DNA of 64,000 nucleotides from contig JBBCGY010000001.1 of NCBI GenBank assembly GCA_037200005.1, forward strand, positions 42,416 through 106,415, in the 5' to 3' direction. Of the stretch, positions 35,683 through 46,639 are shown one piece after another. The notes under the pieces were generated by a model. It did not search any database and was not told where the DNA came from. It saw only the letters and a list, made by a program, of their open reading frames with translations. This DNA is from Alphaproteobacteria bacterium (GTDB lineage: Bacteria; Pseudomonadota; Alphaproteobacteria; UBA9219; RFNS01). Position numbers and translations under genes: made by a program. The first letter of the stretch is position 1; every line of letters starts with the position of its first letter.

Positions 35683-36284
35683 TCGACCGGTATATAGACA
35701 TTCGCGGATAGAATCTCGGTGCCTGGATTAAGATAGGTCAGCCCGGCATTCGATATATGCCCGAAGGAAGCGGCGATCCGCATATCGTTATCGAAGCGCC
35801 AGCCCACCTCCATGGTGGAGCGGAACTCGACGAAAGAGCCAAGCCTCTTGCCGTTGCCGCGGTAATAAACGCCGACGACCTCGTTGGGAGCTATGAAGAA
35901 ATTCCTGCCGAAAGGAAAAATATCGAACATGAAGCCGCCATAGCCGTACAGCGCCCCCGAACTGGTGCCCTCGATTCCGGTCATGGGACGAATCTGAAAA
36001 TATTTATCCCAGCTCTTGAAACTATCCGACACGATCGGCAGCAGCGACGTGCCCCAGCGATATTCGGCGCGGAAATCCACCGCCTGATGGCGGGGATTAT
36101 TCTGGTCGACGTCATAATAGCCAACGCTGAAGCCCAGAAGATCGGGCTGCTTCCACCACAGCAAATTCCTGTCCTCGGCGGACGCGTCCTGCGACCGCAC
36201 ATAGGTCAAGGGCGGCTCGGCAGCGTGGGCCAGGCCGGCGATCAGGCATGAAAGAACGAGCGCGGCGCAGAACTTCATGGGCAT
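35664..36284 (-). CDS. outer-membrane PagL-like lipid A deacylase / acyloxyacyl hydrolase family protein
   Basis: Signal peptide MPMKFCAALVLSCLIAGLAHA. The beta-barrel-like sequence ends in ...HISNAGL.....NVYIPVDWVF. The start is taken at MPMKF, not the extended ORF. Confidence 0.5.
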   Translation of the reverse strand: MPMKFCAALVLSCLIAGLAHAAEPPLTYVRSQDASAEDRNLLWWKQPDLLGFSVGYYDVDQNNPRHQAVDFRAEYRWGTSLLPIVSDSFKSWDKYFQIRPMTGIEGTSSGALYGYGGFMFDIFPFGRNFFIAPNEVVGVYYRGNGKRLGSFVEFRSTMEVGWRFDNDMRIAASFGHISNAGLTYLNPGTEILSANVYIPVDWVFGE

Positions 36285-36351
36285 GGGAGAACCTTCGGAA
36301 AGAGCGATCTTCGGAGACGGAGCCGGATTCTGCGCAGAGGCGGGAATTTTA

Positions 36352-39054
36352 TCAAGGACGTTTTGCTTGCCGCCCCGGCGAGGCGAGGGATTTCGTGACG
36401 ATTTCATAGCTATTGGTCGAAAGGCCCCTGACCGCCTGCAATTCCTTAAGCGCCGCCTGCATCAATTTCTGCCGCGCGGGATCGAAGCTCCGCCAGCGGT
36501 CGAACGCCCCGGCAAGCCGGGCGGCCATCTGCGGATTGAGCTTATCGACCTTGCTGATTTCCTCCACCAGCAAACGATAGCCCGCGCCCGACGCCGCGTG
36601 AAAGGCGAACAGATTGCCGGCAAAGCCGCCGATCAGCGAACGCAGCTTGTTGGGATTGGCGCGGTCGAAGTCCGGATGTTTCAATAGTTCCCTAACCCGC
36701 CGCACCGTATCGCCGCGCCCTGCCGACGCTTGCACCGCGAACCATTTATTAATGACGAGCTCGTCCTCGCGCCAGCGGGCATAGAAATCCATCAGCGCGC
36801 GGATTCTGAGCTTGTCGCCGCTTTGCACGAGCACGCCGAGCGCGGCGGCCTGATCGGTCATGTTGGGCGACTGCCGCACTTGCGCCGCCGCCGCGGCCAA
36901 AGCCTTCCCATCGCCGCTCAGTCCCAGATAGCCAAGGCACAGGTTTTTCAAGGCGCGCGCGCCCATCGCCTTGCCGTCCACCCCATAGGGATCGGGCGCG
37001 AGATCGCGCCAGCGCGCCCAGAACAAATCGCGATGCTCGCGGGCGATCGCGCGGCGCAAGGCATCGCGCGCCTTCTGCACGGCGGCCGGATCGACGGTCT
37101 TGCCCGCCGCCGCGAGCAACAGCGCGATTTCATGCTCGCCGGGTATTTGCAAAAGCAGCGCGGCGAAGGCCGGATCGAGCGTCTTGTCGGCCAGAACCGC
37201 GCCCAGCGCCGCGATGAATTTTTCCGGCATCGCCGGTTTGCGCCCGGCCTTGAAAGCGGCGACGAGGCGCAGCAATATGCGGTTGAACAATGTCTGTCCG
37301 GCATCGAAACGGCTGAAGGAATCTGTATCGTGCGCCAGCAGAAAAAGCAGTTCCGATTCCCGCCAGGCGTAATCAACCCGCACCGGCGCCGAGAAATTCC
37401 GCAACAGAGAGGGGATCGGCTCGGATTCGATATTCTTGAACGTGAAATTCTCGACCGGCTTGCGCAGCTGCAAAATCTCGGTGCCGATAAGATCGCGCCC
37501 GCTTTTATCCAGAAGGCCGATAGCGAAAGGAATATGCAGCGGGCGCTTCTTCGGCTGCCCCGGCGTCGGCGGGCAGGATTGCCTGACCTGCAGGGCATAA
37601 GTCTGTTTCTTCTTGTTATAGCGCGACGTCACCTTGAGCAGCGGCGTGCCCGCCTGGCTGTACCACAGCTTGAATTGATCGAGATCGACGCGGTTGGCAT
37701 CGCTCATCGCGGCGACGAAATCGTCGCAGGTCGCGGCGCTGCCGTCATGCCGCTTGACATAGAGCTTCATCCCGCGCTGCCAGCCGGTTTCGCCGAGCAT
37801 GAGATGGAGCATATGGCATAATTCCGCGCCCTTCTGGTAAATCGTCGACGTATAGAAATTGTCGATGGTGAGATAGCTTTCGGGACGGACGGGGTGCGCG
37901 TTCGGCCCGGAATCTTCGGCGAATTGCTGAATTCGCAGCCCGCGCACTTCACGTACCCGCTCGACGGCGGGCGAATTCATCGCCTCGACGAATTGCCGCT
38001 CGCGGAATACCGTCAGCCCTTCTTTCAAACTCAGCTGAAACCAGTCGCGGCAGGTGATGCGGTTGCCGGTCCAGTTATGGAAATATTCATGGCCGACGAC
38101 GCGCTCGACGAAGGAAATATCGCCGTCGGTCGCGGTTTCCGGGCGCGCCAGCACGCAATCGGAATTAAAGATATTGAGTCCCTTATTCTCCATCGCGCCC
38201 ATATTGAAGAAGCGCGTGGCGACGATCATGAACCGGTCGAGATCGTATTCGAGGCCGTAGGCCTCTTCGTCCCAGCGCATCGAATTCTTGAGCGCGCGCA
38301 GCGCGATGGCCGTCTGGCTTCCGTTGCCCGGCTCGACATAGATTTCGAGCAGCACCTTGCGCCCGGATTGGGTGACGAATTTGTCCGGCACGCGGTCAAG
38401 CTTGCCCGCGACCATGGCGAACAGATAACAGGGTTTCGGAAACGGGTCTTCCCACGACACCCAATGCCTTCCACGGAGCCGTCCGCCGGCAATCCTGCCC
38501 TTGCCGATGAGATTGCCGTTCGAGAGCAGCACCGGATATCGCGCCGCGTCCGCTTCGATCCGCACGCGAAACCGCGCCAGCACGTCGGGCCGGTCGGGAT
38601 AATAGGTGATGCGGCGAAATCCTTCGGCCTCGCATTGGGTGCAAAGCATGTCGCCGGACTGATAAAAACCGGACAGCGCGGTATTTTTATGCGGCTCGTG
38701 CGTGCTGACGATCTCGAGCGTAAAGGGCTTGCCGCCATCCGGCACGAGCTTTTTCAGGACGATAAGATGCTCCGGCGTGACCTCATATTCCGCCGCCGCG
38801 AGCTTGCGGCCATCGAGGCGGACTTCCTTCAAATCCTGCGCTTCGCCGTTCAGGGTCAGCGCGCCGCCCGCGGACGCGGCGGGATTGCGCTTCATGCGCA
38901 GCGTCGCGTGGACCCGCGTATGATCGTCATGAATTTGCACATCGAGCGCCGTATCCGTAACCAGAAACGGCGGGGGCGAATAATCGGCCCGCAGCACGGG
39001 CATGGGCTTGGGCGGCGTGGGCGCGTCATAGGGGAATTTAGAAAATTTAGACAC
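36352..39054 (-). CDS. pepN: aminopeptidase N (M1 family)
   Basis: GAMEN motif (GAMENKGLNIFN). Zinc site HEYFHNWTGNRITCRDWFQLSLKEGLTVFRE (HExxH-18-E). 900 aa. Confidence 0.9.
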   Translation of the reverse strand: MSKFSKFPYDAPTPPKPMPVLRADYSPPPFLVTDTALDVQIHDDHTRVHATLRMKRNPAASAGGALTLNGEAQDLKEVRLDGRKLAAAEYEVTPEHLIVLKKLVPDGGKPFTLEIVSTHEPHKNTALSGFYQSGDMLCTQCEAEGFRRITYYPDRPDVLARFRVRIEADAARYPVLLSNGNLIGKGRIAGGRLRGRHWVSWEDPFPKPCYLFAMVAGKLDRVPDKFVTQSGRKVLLEIYVEPGNGSQTAIALRALKNSMRWDEEAYGLEYDLDRFMIVATRFFNMGAMENKGLNIFNSDCVLARPETATDGDISFVERVVGHEYFHNWTGNRITCRDWFQLSLKEGLTVFRERQFVEAMNSPAVERVREVRGLRIQQFAEDSGPNAHPVRPESYLTIDNFYTSTIYQKGAELCHMLHLMLGETGWQRGMKLYVKRHDGSAATCDDFVAAMSDANRVDLDQFKLWYSQAGTPLLKVTSRYNKKKQTYALQVRQSCPPTPGQPKKRPLHIPFAIGLLDKSGRDLIGTEILQLRKPVENFTFKNIESEPIPSLLRNFSAPVRVDYAWRESELLFLLAHDTDSFSRFDAGQTLFNRILLRLVAAFKAGRKPAMPEKFIAALGAVLADKTLDPAFAALLLQIPGEHEIALLLAAAGKTVDPAAVQKARDALRRAIAREHRDLFWARWRDLAPDPYGVDGKAMGARALKNLCLGYLGLSGDGKALAAAAAQVRQSPNMTDQAAALGVLVQSGDKLRIRALMDFYARWREDELVINKWFAVQASAGRGDTVRRVRELLKHPDFDRANPNKLRSLIGGFAGNLFAFHAASGAGYRLLVEEISKVDKLNPQMAARLAGAFDRWRSFDPARQKLMQAALKELQAVRGLSTNSYEIVTKSLASPGRQAKRP

Positions 39055-39133
39055 GGGCTGATCTCCGACGGAACCATATAGACATCAGAGAAGCTTGCGG
39101 CAAAAGTCAATCGGACTCAAGCGCCGTCCGGCA

Positions 39134-39805
39134 TTAGGCCTCCAGCGCGGTCTTCTGGAACGTACGGCGCAGCATCGTCTGGTCTATATTATAGCGCTGT
39201 TCCGCATCATAGCCGAGCACGGGCATATTGCCCGGCGTCGCCCCTTCGCGCGGCTTCAGCGCGCCGAGATAAAGGAAACCGACCTGCCCAAGAATCATGT
39301 TCCGCATCACGAAAGGCAGATAGCCCGGACGGGGCCAGCCGTCGGCGATGCCGCGCGGCTTGTCGTAATCGGGATAGCCGAAAATCTCCGCGCCGCGCAT
39401 GGTGCGAAAACCGCCCGCGCCGCCGCCCGTCTTGCCGCCGGTCTCTCCGCCGCTTTTTTCGCCGGAATTTTTCTTTTCACCGTCGTCATTGGCGGCAAAG
39501 CCGCCGCGCCAGTCGTCATGCAGCAAATCCTGCAGCGTTTTCGAAGTATCCGGCAATTCGCGCAGGAACCGCCTGTAGACCATCGCGTAATTATGCCGGT
39601 AAAGATCGCCATGCTCCCGGTCGCGCTGCGTTTTCAGCCAAAGCGCTTTCAGCTCTGACCGGTAGTACCGGAAAAAGTCGGCCTCTTTTTCCCTGTCATG
39701 CTCGGCGAGGGTATATTGGATGACGCCCATCTGGTCATAGACGATGTCGCTCCATTCCCACCAGAAACGCATGGGGATCTTTTTTTGCGGTACGAGTAGA
39801 GTCAT
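39134..39805 (-). CDS. hypothetical protein with Gly-rich low-complexity insert
   Basis: 223-aa ORF with a GEKKNSGEKSGGETGGKTGGGAGG segment. Confidence 0.5.
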   Translation of the reverse strand: MTLLVPQKKIPMRFWWEWSDIVYDQMGVIQYTLAEHDREKEADFFRYYRSELKALWLKTQRDREHGDLYRHNYAMVYRRFLRELPDTSKTLQDLLHDDWRGGFAANDDGEKKNSGEKSGGETGGKTGGGAGGFRTMRGAEIFGYPDYDKPRGIADGWPRPGYLPFVMRNMILGQVGFLYLGALKPREGATPGNMPVLGYDAEQRYNIDQTMLRRTFQKTALEA

Positions 39806-39915
39806 GGCCGGATTATTGCTCCTTCCCGTTGCAAAAGTAAATTCCTGTTTTTAGGCAAGTCATGAGTATATATCTTGTATGAACCGGTCTTGCGTTAACT
39901 ATAATAAACTCCGCC

Positions 39916-41109
39916 ATGAATGATCCTGCCGCCGATTCTCGCCCCTTGCTCCTTTATCTCGTCACCGAGGATTGGGCCTTTATGTCCCATCGGCTTCCGG
40001 TGGCGCGGGGGGCCGAAGAAGCCGGGATGCGCGTCGGCGTCATGACGCGCGTCGGACGGCATGGCGGGGACATTCAGGCGCTCGGCTATGATTTATATCC
40101 CCTTCAATGGGTCAGGCGCAGCCTTAACCCGCTCAGGATTCTGCGCGATCTTACGCAGATTATCGCGCTATATCGCCGCCTTCGCCCGCGCATCGCGCAG
40201 CATGTGGCCCTCAAGGCCGTTCTCATAGGAGGCCTCGCGGCGCGGTTCGCCGATATCCCGGCGCAAATCGCCGCGATCAACGGCGTGGGTTTCGTCTTTA
40301 CCGATCCGGGGCTGAAGGCGCGCCTCATGCGCCTCGCTTTCGTGCCCATGCTGCGTTTTGTCCTGCGCCGCGAGCATGTCATGGCATGGTTCCAGAATGC
40401 GGACGACCGCGATTTATTCATCAGGCTCGGCATCGTCGTGCCGGAACAAACCGTCATCCTGCGCGGCGCGGGCGTCGATACCGATATATTGCAGCCGGCG
40501 CCGGAAGCGGCCGGCCCCATCACATGCGCTTATGCCGGACGGATGCTGCGCTCGAAAGGCGTGGACGCGCTGGTCGAGGCCGTGCGGCGATGCAGGGCCG
40601 AAGGCATGGATCTTCGCCTTCTTCTGGCCGGATCGGCCGACGACAATCCGACCAGTTTCTCGCAGCAACAGCTCGAAGCCTGGAATCGCATGGAAGGGAT
40701 CGAGCATCTTGGCCACATTTCGGACATCGGCGATCTGTGGAGACGGGCGCATATCGCCGTCCTGCCCTGCCGCGTGCGCGAGGGAATGCCGAAAACCCTG
40801 CTCGACGCGGCGGCATGCGGGCGGCCCATCGTGGCCAGCGACCTCGAAGGCGTGCGGGAAGTCGCGCGGCACGGGCATAACGCCATCCTCGTTCCGCCTG
40901 GCGATACGAATGCGCTCGCGGCGGCGCTCGCGGCGCTGACGAAAGACGCGGCGCGGCGGCAAAATATGGGGCGCGAAAGCCGCGCCATGGTCATGGGAGA
41001 AATGTCGGCAGCCGCCATTCAGGCAGGCGCGGCGGCGATTTACCGCCGGATCATAGCGTCTTCCCGATCAGCGCCGGATTCCCTTCGGCGTCGCGGGCCC
41101 GCATCGTGA
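39916..41109 (+). CDS. glycosyltransferase family 4 (GT1-fold)
   Basis: C-terminal GT1 motif (EGMPKTLLDAAACGRPIVASDLEGVREV...ILVPPGD). Confidence 0.8.
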   Translation: MNDPAADSRPLLLYLVTEDWAFMSHRLPVARGAEEAGMRVGVMTRVGRHGGDIQALGYDLYPLQWVRRSLNPLRILRDLTQIIALYRRLRPRIAQHVALKAVLIGGLAARFADIPAQIAAINGVGFVFTDPGLKARLMRLAFVPMLRFVLRREHVMAWFQNADDRDLFIRLGIVVPEQTVILRGAGVDTDILQPAPEAAGPITCAYAGRMLRSKGVDALVEAVRRCRAEGMDLRLLLAGSADDNPTSFSQQQLEAWNRMEGIEHLGHISDIGDLWRRAHIAVLPCRVREGMPKTLLDAAACGRPIVASDLEGVREVARHGHNAILVPPGDTNALAAALAALTKDAARRQNMGRESRAMVMGEMSAAAIQAGAAAIYRRIIASSRSAPDSLRRRGPAS

Positions 41110-41803
41110 ACGTGCCGCGCGCGCAAAGCCGCCGCGCGCCGGTCAGAAAATTTTCGGCGGTCATGGCGACCGAAACCGTGACGTCGCTTCCGGAAACGGC
41201 CGTGGGATGAGCGACCAGATCGATCAATTCGCCCTGATAAGAGGGCAAATGGAAGTCGATCTCCCCTGACGCGATCATGATCATGGACTGACGGCAAAAG
41301 CGCGACGCCGCCACGAAGGCGGCCTTGCCCATCAACCCGAGCGCCGCGCCATGATCGAGTTCGCCATGATGATCGGTGGAGTCGGGAAAGATCATTTCCA
41401 TCATATGCGCCGCGTGAGGCGGCAAGGGCCGGTCGTCGCCGGGCGCCGCGCGGATCGGCTCCTTGCCGTCCACCGCCACGAGAACGAAGCTGCCGCGCGC
41501 GCAAAGCTTGCGCGTTCCCGCGATCAGGTCTTCGGCATAGAGTTCGACTCCGGCGGCGAGCGATGTGTTGCCGACTCGCTCGATGCTGCCGGCAAGTTCG
41601 ACAAGCTGACCCTGGCGCGCCGGAGCGAGGAAATCGATCTGAGCCGCGGAGGCCGTGACGAAATTGCGCCGCGCATAGCGGCTCCCGGTCAGGAAGGCCG
41701 TCTTATCCATCAGTGCCAGCGCCGTGCCGCCGTAAAGCGTGCCGTGATGATTGGCCTGCTTCGGCACGACGAGTTCGACGATCTTGGTGACGGCGAGAGG
41801 CAT
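41051..41803 (-). CDS. acyl-CoA thioesterase with tandem hotdog domains
   Basis: Two repeats of the hotdog motif (NHHGTLYGGTALALMD / DHHGELDHGAALGLMG). Confidence 0.75.
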   Translation of the reverse strand: MPLAVTKIVELVVPKQANHHGTLYGGTALALMDKTAFLTGSRYARRNFVTASAAQIDFLAPARQGQLVELAGSIERVGNTSLAAGVELYAEDLIAGTRKLCARGSFVLVAVDGKEPIRAAPGDDRPLPPHAAHMMEMIFPDSTDHHGELDHGAALGLMGKAAFVAASRFCRQSMIMIASGEIDFHLPSYQGELIDLVAHPTAVSGSDVTVSVAMTAENFLTGARRLCARGTFTMRARDAEGNPALIGKTL

Positions 41804-41806
41804 GCT

Positions 41807-42673
41807 TTATCCTGCGCGGGATTTCGGGAACATGAAAGCGAGCGGCAGCGCCAAAGTCTGCATGATGAGAATCAGCACCCGGAAGCTCAGAGCGTAAAGC
41901 GCCGCCACGCCCTTAGCGTCGCCCCACAGCATCAGCGAGAAAACCCAGCCCCATTCGGCGAGGCCGAGATTGCCCGGCGTCAGCGGGACCAGCACCGTCA
42001 AAGTGGCGAACGGCAGGGCGTAGGCGATATGGGCGGGCGCAAGCGCCAGATTGAACGCCATCGCTCCCAAGAGCAGACGCAGCGTCATGAACAGGATGCG
42101 CAGGAACGACCACATCAAGGCTTCGGGAAAGACCAGGCGCGGAAAAATTTTAACGCCTGCCGCGCCGCCCAGCACAGCGACCCCAAGCCCGCATATCAGC
42201 CAGGCCGGGAAGCTGATATCCATCCATAGCTGCAGCAGGCTGCCGGGCATGAACGCCATGACGATGAACAATTCCCCCAGCTGGTCGACCATCGCATTCT
42301 TGAAACCACGCTTCCAGTTGCGCTCTCCGCCGCCATGCGTCGCCAGCGCGCGTCCGGCGATCAACGCCACGGTCGAGGGCAGGATTTGCGCGAGCCAGCT
42401 TTGCCAGACGAAATGCCGCCAGTAATAACCGGTGGCGTGCGGCGCATGATGATCGAGGGCGCGGTCGAGAAACGCCCATTTGCGCGCGCCCGTCCACAGC
42501 ATCAGGAATGTCAGCGCGACGACCCCGATCAAGGCCTGAATATTGATATTCTCGAGAAGCTGCCGCCGGTCGTCGCCGGTCAACGCCGTCTGCCGCACGA
42601 GATAAATGCAAAGCCCCAGGCCGAGCGCGAGGCCCGCCGCGGCCTGAAGAGCCAGAGGAATACGTTTTTTCAT
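41807..42673 (-). CDS. multi-TM membrane protein of the lysyl-PG-synthase-TM/flippase-like (UPF0104) type
   Basis: About 8 TM helices. The start is taken at MKKRIPLAL. Sits between two glycosyltransferase genes. Confidence 0.55.
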   Translation of the reverse strand: MKKRIPLALQAAAGLALGLGLCIYLVRQTALTGDDRRQLLENINIQALIGVVALTFLMLWTGARKWAFLDRALDHHAPHATGYYWRHFVWQSWLAQILPSTVALIAGRALATHGGGERNWKRGFKNAMVDQLGELFIVMAFMPGSLLQLWMDISFPAWLICGLGVAVLGGAAGVKIFPRLVFPEALMWSFLRILFMTLRLLLGAMAFNLALAPAHIAYALPFATLTVLVPLTPGNLGLAEWGWVFSLMLWGDAKGVAALYALSFRVLILIMQTLALPLAFMFPKSRAG

Positions 42674-43824
42674 GGGATCAGCCCGCGAAAAATCGCCGCG
42701 TAATTCTCGACGGCGTCCGGCCACGACCAGTTGGACAATGCGAAGGCTGCCAGCTCGGCGCGCCGCGTCTCCAGTTTTTCCGGATCGGCCAGAACAGCCT
42801 TGATTCTTTCCGCCCAGCGCGCCGCCGTCGCCTCGGGATCGGCGGAATCGACGGTTTCCGTAAACAATATCTCCGGCAGGCGCGCGTCGGCTCCCGCGAT
42901 CTCGGCGCCGCAAAGAATCGGAAGACCGCAGGCGGCGGCTTCCTGAACCACCAGCGGAAAGCCCTCGCCGCTGCTGGGCAAAACCAGAAGATCGGCGGCC
43001 TGATAAAGTTCGGCGACGCCCGCGCCATTGCGATCCCGCACCGCCATGCAATTGCGCAATCCCCACAGCGCGGGATCGAGCGGGCCGCGCCCGGCGAACA
43101 TCCAGTCATATTCCGGCAGCGAAGCCGCGAGGCGCTTCAGCGCCGGCAATCCCTTTTTCTCGACGAAGCGCCCCACGAACAGCATGGCGGGCTGTTCGTC
43201 CAGGCCGAATTTCTGCCGCAGCACATGGCGCCGGTCGGACGTGACCGGCTTGAAAACGCTGGTCAGCACGCCGTTGGGAATTAATTGCGGCGCGTGCTTC
43301 CATTTGCCGATCAGGCCGGAGAAATAATCCTGCACCTGCGCGGCGATGAACACCGTCTGGTCGGCATGCTGGAGCATCTTCGCGGCGATCCAGCGATTCC
43401 CGTGACGCATAAGGTCGCGCAGCAGGCGGTTTTGATAAGGCACCGCGCCGATATGCTGGGTAATCACCACCGGCCTTTTAAAGACTTTCGCGAACAGATA
43501 CGCGGCGATATTGCCGGAATAAAGCGTATCATGCAGCCACAGCGCGTCATGCTCGCGCACCGCTCTCGCCAGCTTCATCAGCGCCCGCGGCGACCAGACC
43601 GGCATCGGCACGCCGTATTTCCGCTCGATGATGTTGGTGCCTCCCATCGGCAGATAGGTCACGCCCGGCAGCTCGACCACCGGATCGCAGGCCGTTGCCG
43701 CCCAGGTGAAATCGATGCCCGGCGCGACCTGGCGCATCGTCAGCAGCAATTGCCGCGCGACCAGCTCAATCCCGCCGCCATGAGCGGGGTAATAATGCGT
43801 GACGACCAGAACCTTCATAACCAC
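42670..43824 (-). CDS. glycosyltransferase family 4 (GT1-fold)
   Basis: GT1 motif GEGFPLVVQEAAACGLPILCG. Confidence 0.8.
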   Translation of the reverse strand: MVMKVLVVTHYYPAHGGGIELVARQLLLTMRQVAPGIDFTWAATACDPVVELPGVTYLPMGGTNIIERKYGVPMPVWSPRALMKLARAVREHDALWLHDTLYSGNIAAYLFAKVFKRPVVITQHIGAVPYQNRLLRDLMRHGNRWIAAKMLQHADQTVFIAAQVQDYFSGLIGKWKHAPQLIPNGVLTSVFKPVTSDRRHVLRQKFGLDEQPAMLFVGRFVEKKGLPALKRLAASLPEYDWMFAGRGPLDPALWGLRNCMAVRDRNGAGVAELYQAADLLVLPSSGEGFPLVVQEAAACGLPILCGAEIAGADARLPEILFTETVDSADPEATAARWAERIKAVLADPEKLETRRAELAAFALSNWSWPDAVENYAAIFRGLIP

Positions 43825-44849
43825 CGCACCTGCCCGGCAGCCTGCTGCTGCAGATCCAGCACCGCCATCGCATCCGCCGCGTCGATGCCTTGCGGCTTGG
43901 CGCCGGACGTCATGGCATCGGAGAAACGGCGGAACACTTCGTCATTGCCGTAATCTAGGCGTCCGCGAAGATAGGCGATGCCGTTCGGAACATATTGCGC
44001 CATATGCCAGGCGCAGGCGCGCAGACTCGTCCCCACGATCTGCGGCAGTTCATGCGCGCCGTCCTGCGGCAGGCGGATATAGAAATCGCGGAAGATATCG
44101 ACGATGCCCAGCGCCTTCTCGCCGCCGACGGTGAGCGTCCATTCGCTCAGCGGGCTGACAAAGTTGCAGCCTATCGTCACCGGAATATCGCGCTCGCCCT
44201 GATAGACGAGGCGGATTTCGTCCGGAGTATTGTCCTTCCCCTTCCGCCACGCCACCGCGTCGCGCAGCCGCATGCCGCCCGCGAGCCGCCGCAGCAGATA
44301 GAAGAAATGCGGACTTTCGTCATAAAACAGTCCAAGCGGCAATTGCTGATACCATACCGGCAGGCGGCGGCGCGGATTGCCGAGTTGCTGCGCCGCGATC
44401 CATTTCACCGCGCCCAGCCGCCCAGCCGCGATATCGCGCTCCAGCCGGGCGAAAGCGCGGGAGAACTGAAAATTATGCACGACCGCCAGAATCTTTCCCG
44501 AATCCGCCGAGGCTTTAAGCATGGCCCTGCCTTCGTCCCCGCTCATGGCGAAAGGCTTTTCGGTCAGCACATGCTTGCCCATGCCGAGCGCCTCGCGCGC
44601 AAGCTCCGCATGCGCAAAGGGCGGCGCGGCGATCGTCATTGCTTCGATTTCATCGCGCCACGGCGCATCGGCCAGGCTCATGCCGGCCGCGTGATAGGGA
44701 ATGCCGAACCGCTCGGCGACCATTTTAGCTTTGTCGGCATGCCGGTCGATGACTCCGGCAAGCTCGAGGCCGCCGCAGCGCATGATCGAGGGAATGTGCC
44801 GCGCCTGCGCGACCCAGCCCAGGCCGATGACGGCAACCTTACGCGCCAT
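43815..44849 (-). CDS. Gfo/Idh/MocA family NAD(P)-dependent oxidoreductase
   Basis: N-terminal Rossmann motif VAVIGLGWVAQARHIPS. Length 344 aa. Confidence 0.8.
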   Translation of the reverse strand: MARKVAVIGLGWVAQARHIPSIMRCGGLELAGVIDRHADKAKMVAERFGIPYHAAGMSLADAPWRDEIEAMTIAAPPFAHAELAREALGMGKHVLTEKPFAMSGDEGRAMLKASADSGKILAVVHNFQFSRAFARLERDIAAGRLGAVKWIAAQQLGNPRRRLPVWYQQLPLGLFYDESPHFFYLLRRLAGGMRLRDAVAWRKGKDNTPDEIRLVYQGERDIPVTIGCNFVSPLSEWTLTVGGEKALGIVDIFRDFYIRLPQDGAHELPQIVGTSLRACAWHMAQYVPNGIAYLRGRLDYGNDEVFRRFSDAMTSGAKPQGIDAADAMAVLDLQQQAAGQVRWL

Positions 44850-45976
44850 GGCGGGACGATCGCTTGGAAGTCAGGAACAGCACCATGTAACCCATCACGG
44901 CGGCAAGGAACGATCCGGTCATAATGGCAAGCCGCGTCCTATCGATCAAGGCTCCATCCTGAAAGCTGAGGCTGCCGATGAACAGGGCCATAGTGAAGCC
45001 GACGCCGCCCAGAATGCTCATGCCATAGACCTGCGCCCAGCCGGCATGCGGCGGCAGGCGCGAGATTCCCGATTTCACCGCCACCGCGATCGCGGAGAAA
45101 ATGCCGATCTGCTTGCCGAGAAACATGCCCAGCACGATGCCCCAGAAGACCGGATGATCGAGGGATTCAATCGTCATGCCTTTCAGCGTCACCCCCGCAT
45201 TGGCGAAGGCGAACACCGGAAGAATGGCGAAAGCCACCCATGCATGCAGCGCCGACAATACCTTCTTGCCGCTGGCGCGCGGCAGCGCGAAAGCCAGAAT
45301 CACGCCCGCGATGGTGGCGTGGATGCCGCTGTGATGCACGCAGTACCATAGCGGCACGCTCAGCAGCAGATACGGCCAAGCCCTGTCGATTTTCAGGCGG
45401 CGCAGTCCCCACATGGCGCCGACGATGGCAAGCGCATTGCCGACATACAGCGCGTCGAGCTGCCCGGCGTAAAATAATCCGATGATGAGGATCGAGCCGA
45501 GATCGTCCACGATGGCGAGCGTCAGCATGAAGACGCGCAGGCTGGGGGGCAGGCGCTTGGCCAGCAGTGCCATGATTCCCACGGCGAAAGCGATATCGGT
45601 CGCCGCCGGGACCGCCCAGCCGCGATAAAACTCCGGATGGCCTGCTACACAGATGAAATAGACGATGGCGGGTGCCACCATGCCGCCGAGCGCAGCGATG
45701 ATCGGCAGGCTGGCGCGCCGCCAATCGGAAAGCGAGCCGTGGGAACCCATTTCGCGTTTGATTTCCAGCCCGACGACCAGATAAAAAACCGGGATCAGCG
45801 CGTCGTTGATCCAGCCGGCATAATGGATGCCGAGAAACTCGACGCGCCAGAAAGCGTGATAGAAATCGGCCAGCGGCGTATTGGCCAAAATCAGCCCCGC
45901 CGATCCCGCCAGCAGCAGCACGATCCCGGACGCGGCTTCGTCGCGCAGAATTTTATGCAGCCATGATTTGGGCACG
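44839..45976 (-). CDS. nhaA: Na+/H+ antiporter NhaA
   Basis: Collinear with NhaA (WINDALMAVFFLVVGLEIKRE; AIPAATDIAFAVG; DDLGSILIIGLFY). The start is probably a GTG (VPKSWLHKIL), not the extended ORF. Confidence 0.85.
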
Positions 45977-46024
45977 GAAACTCCTGGAAACAACGGATGG
46001 ATTCGCGAGGATGGAATTATAGAA

Positions 46025-46639
46025 TCAGTCAGCGCGCAAACGATAGCCGAAACGCACCTTCGCCGTCGCGTTTTCGGAACATTGCCCGGCGGCGGTGCCG
46101 ATGATCGCGGTCGGGTTGGGCGGCAAAGCGGTGATTGGGGCGTCATTGATCGAAGCCGCGGCAAGTCCGCGGGAAATTTCGCCCGGTGCTGTCGCTTTCA
46201 AGACCAGCGCGGCGCAGGCGGCAGGCGGCAGATTCAGGTAATCGACGGTGTATTGGAACGCTTCGGGCGCATCGCATCCCGCCGCGCCGGTTCCCGCCAC
46301 CGTTCCGCGCGTTACCGTCACCGCCGTGCCCCAGGGGCTGGAGATGTTATTCGCCTGCAGCATTTCGCGCGGGATGAGGGGCGGATTGATCGCCGTCAGC
46401 GTCGCCGTCAAATCGCCGGTCGCGGCGATGCAGGGCCGCTCCTGGTAATAAGTGCGGATATTCTTGTTGATAACGAGGAGTTGCTCGCCGGTCTGCTGAA
46501 GTTTTACCGAATCGCGCGTGCTGACGATCACCAGCCATACGCCGCCGAGAATTACGCCCGCGACCCCGAACACGATGGCAAGCTCGATGAGCGTCACCCC
46601 GGCGCAGAACTTTCTGGCTCTTAATCGATGCTGTTTCAT
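46025..46639 (-). CDS. type IVb (pseudo)pilin, paralogue 3
   Basis: Prepilin leader followed by VTLIELAIVFGVAGVILGG (class III signal). ATGA-coupled to the upstream pilin gene. Confidence 0.7.
   Translation of the reverse strand: MKQHRLRARKFCAGVTLIELAIVFGVAGVILGGVWLVIVSTRDSVKLQQTGEQLLVINKNIRTYYQERPCIAATGDLTATLTAINPPLIPREMLQANNISSPWGTAVTVTRGTVAGTGAAGCDAPEAFQYTVDYLNLPPAACAALVLKATAPGEISRGLAAASINDAPITALPPNPTAIIGTAAGQCSENATAKVRFGYRLRAD

Noticed and set aside
36730-39081. Plus-strand ORFs of 363 and 395 aa opposite pepN
   Set aside because: pepN has unmistakable GAMEN/HExxH-E motifs on the minus strand. The plus-strand ORFs are Arg-rich and of low complexity.
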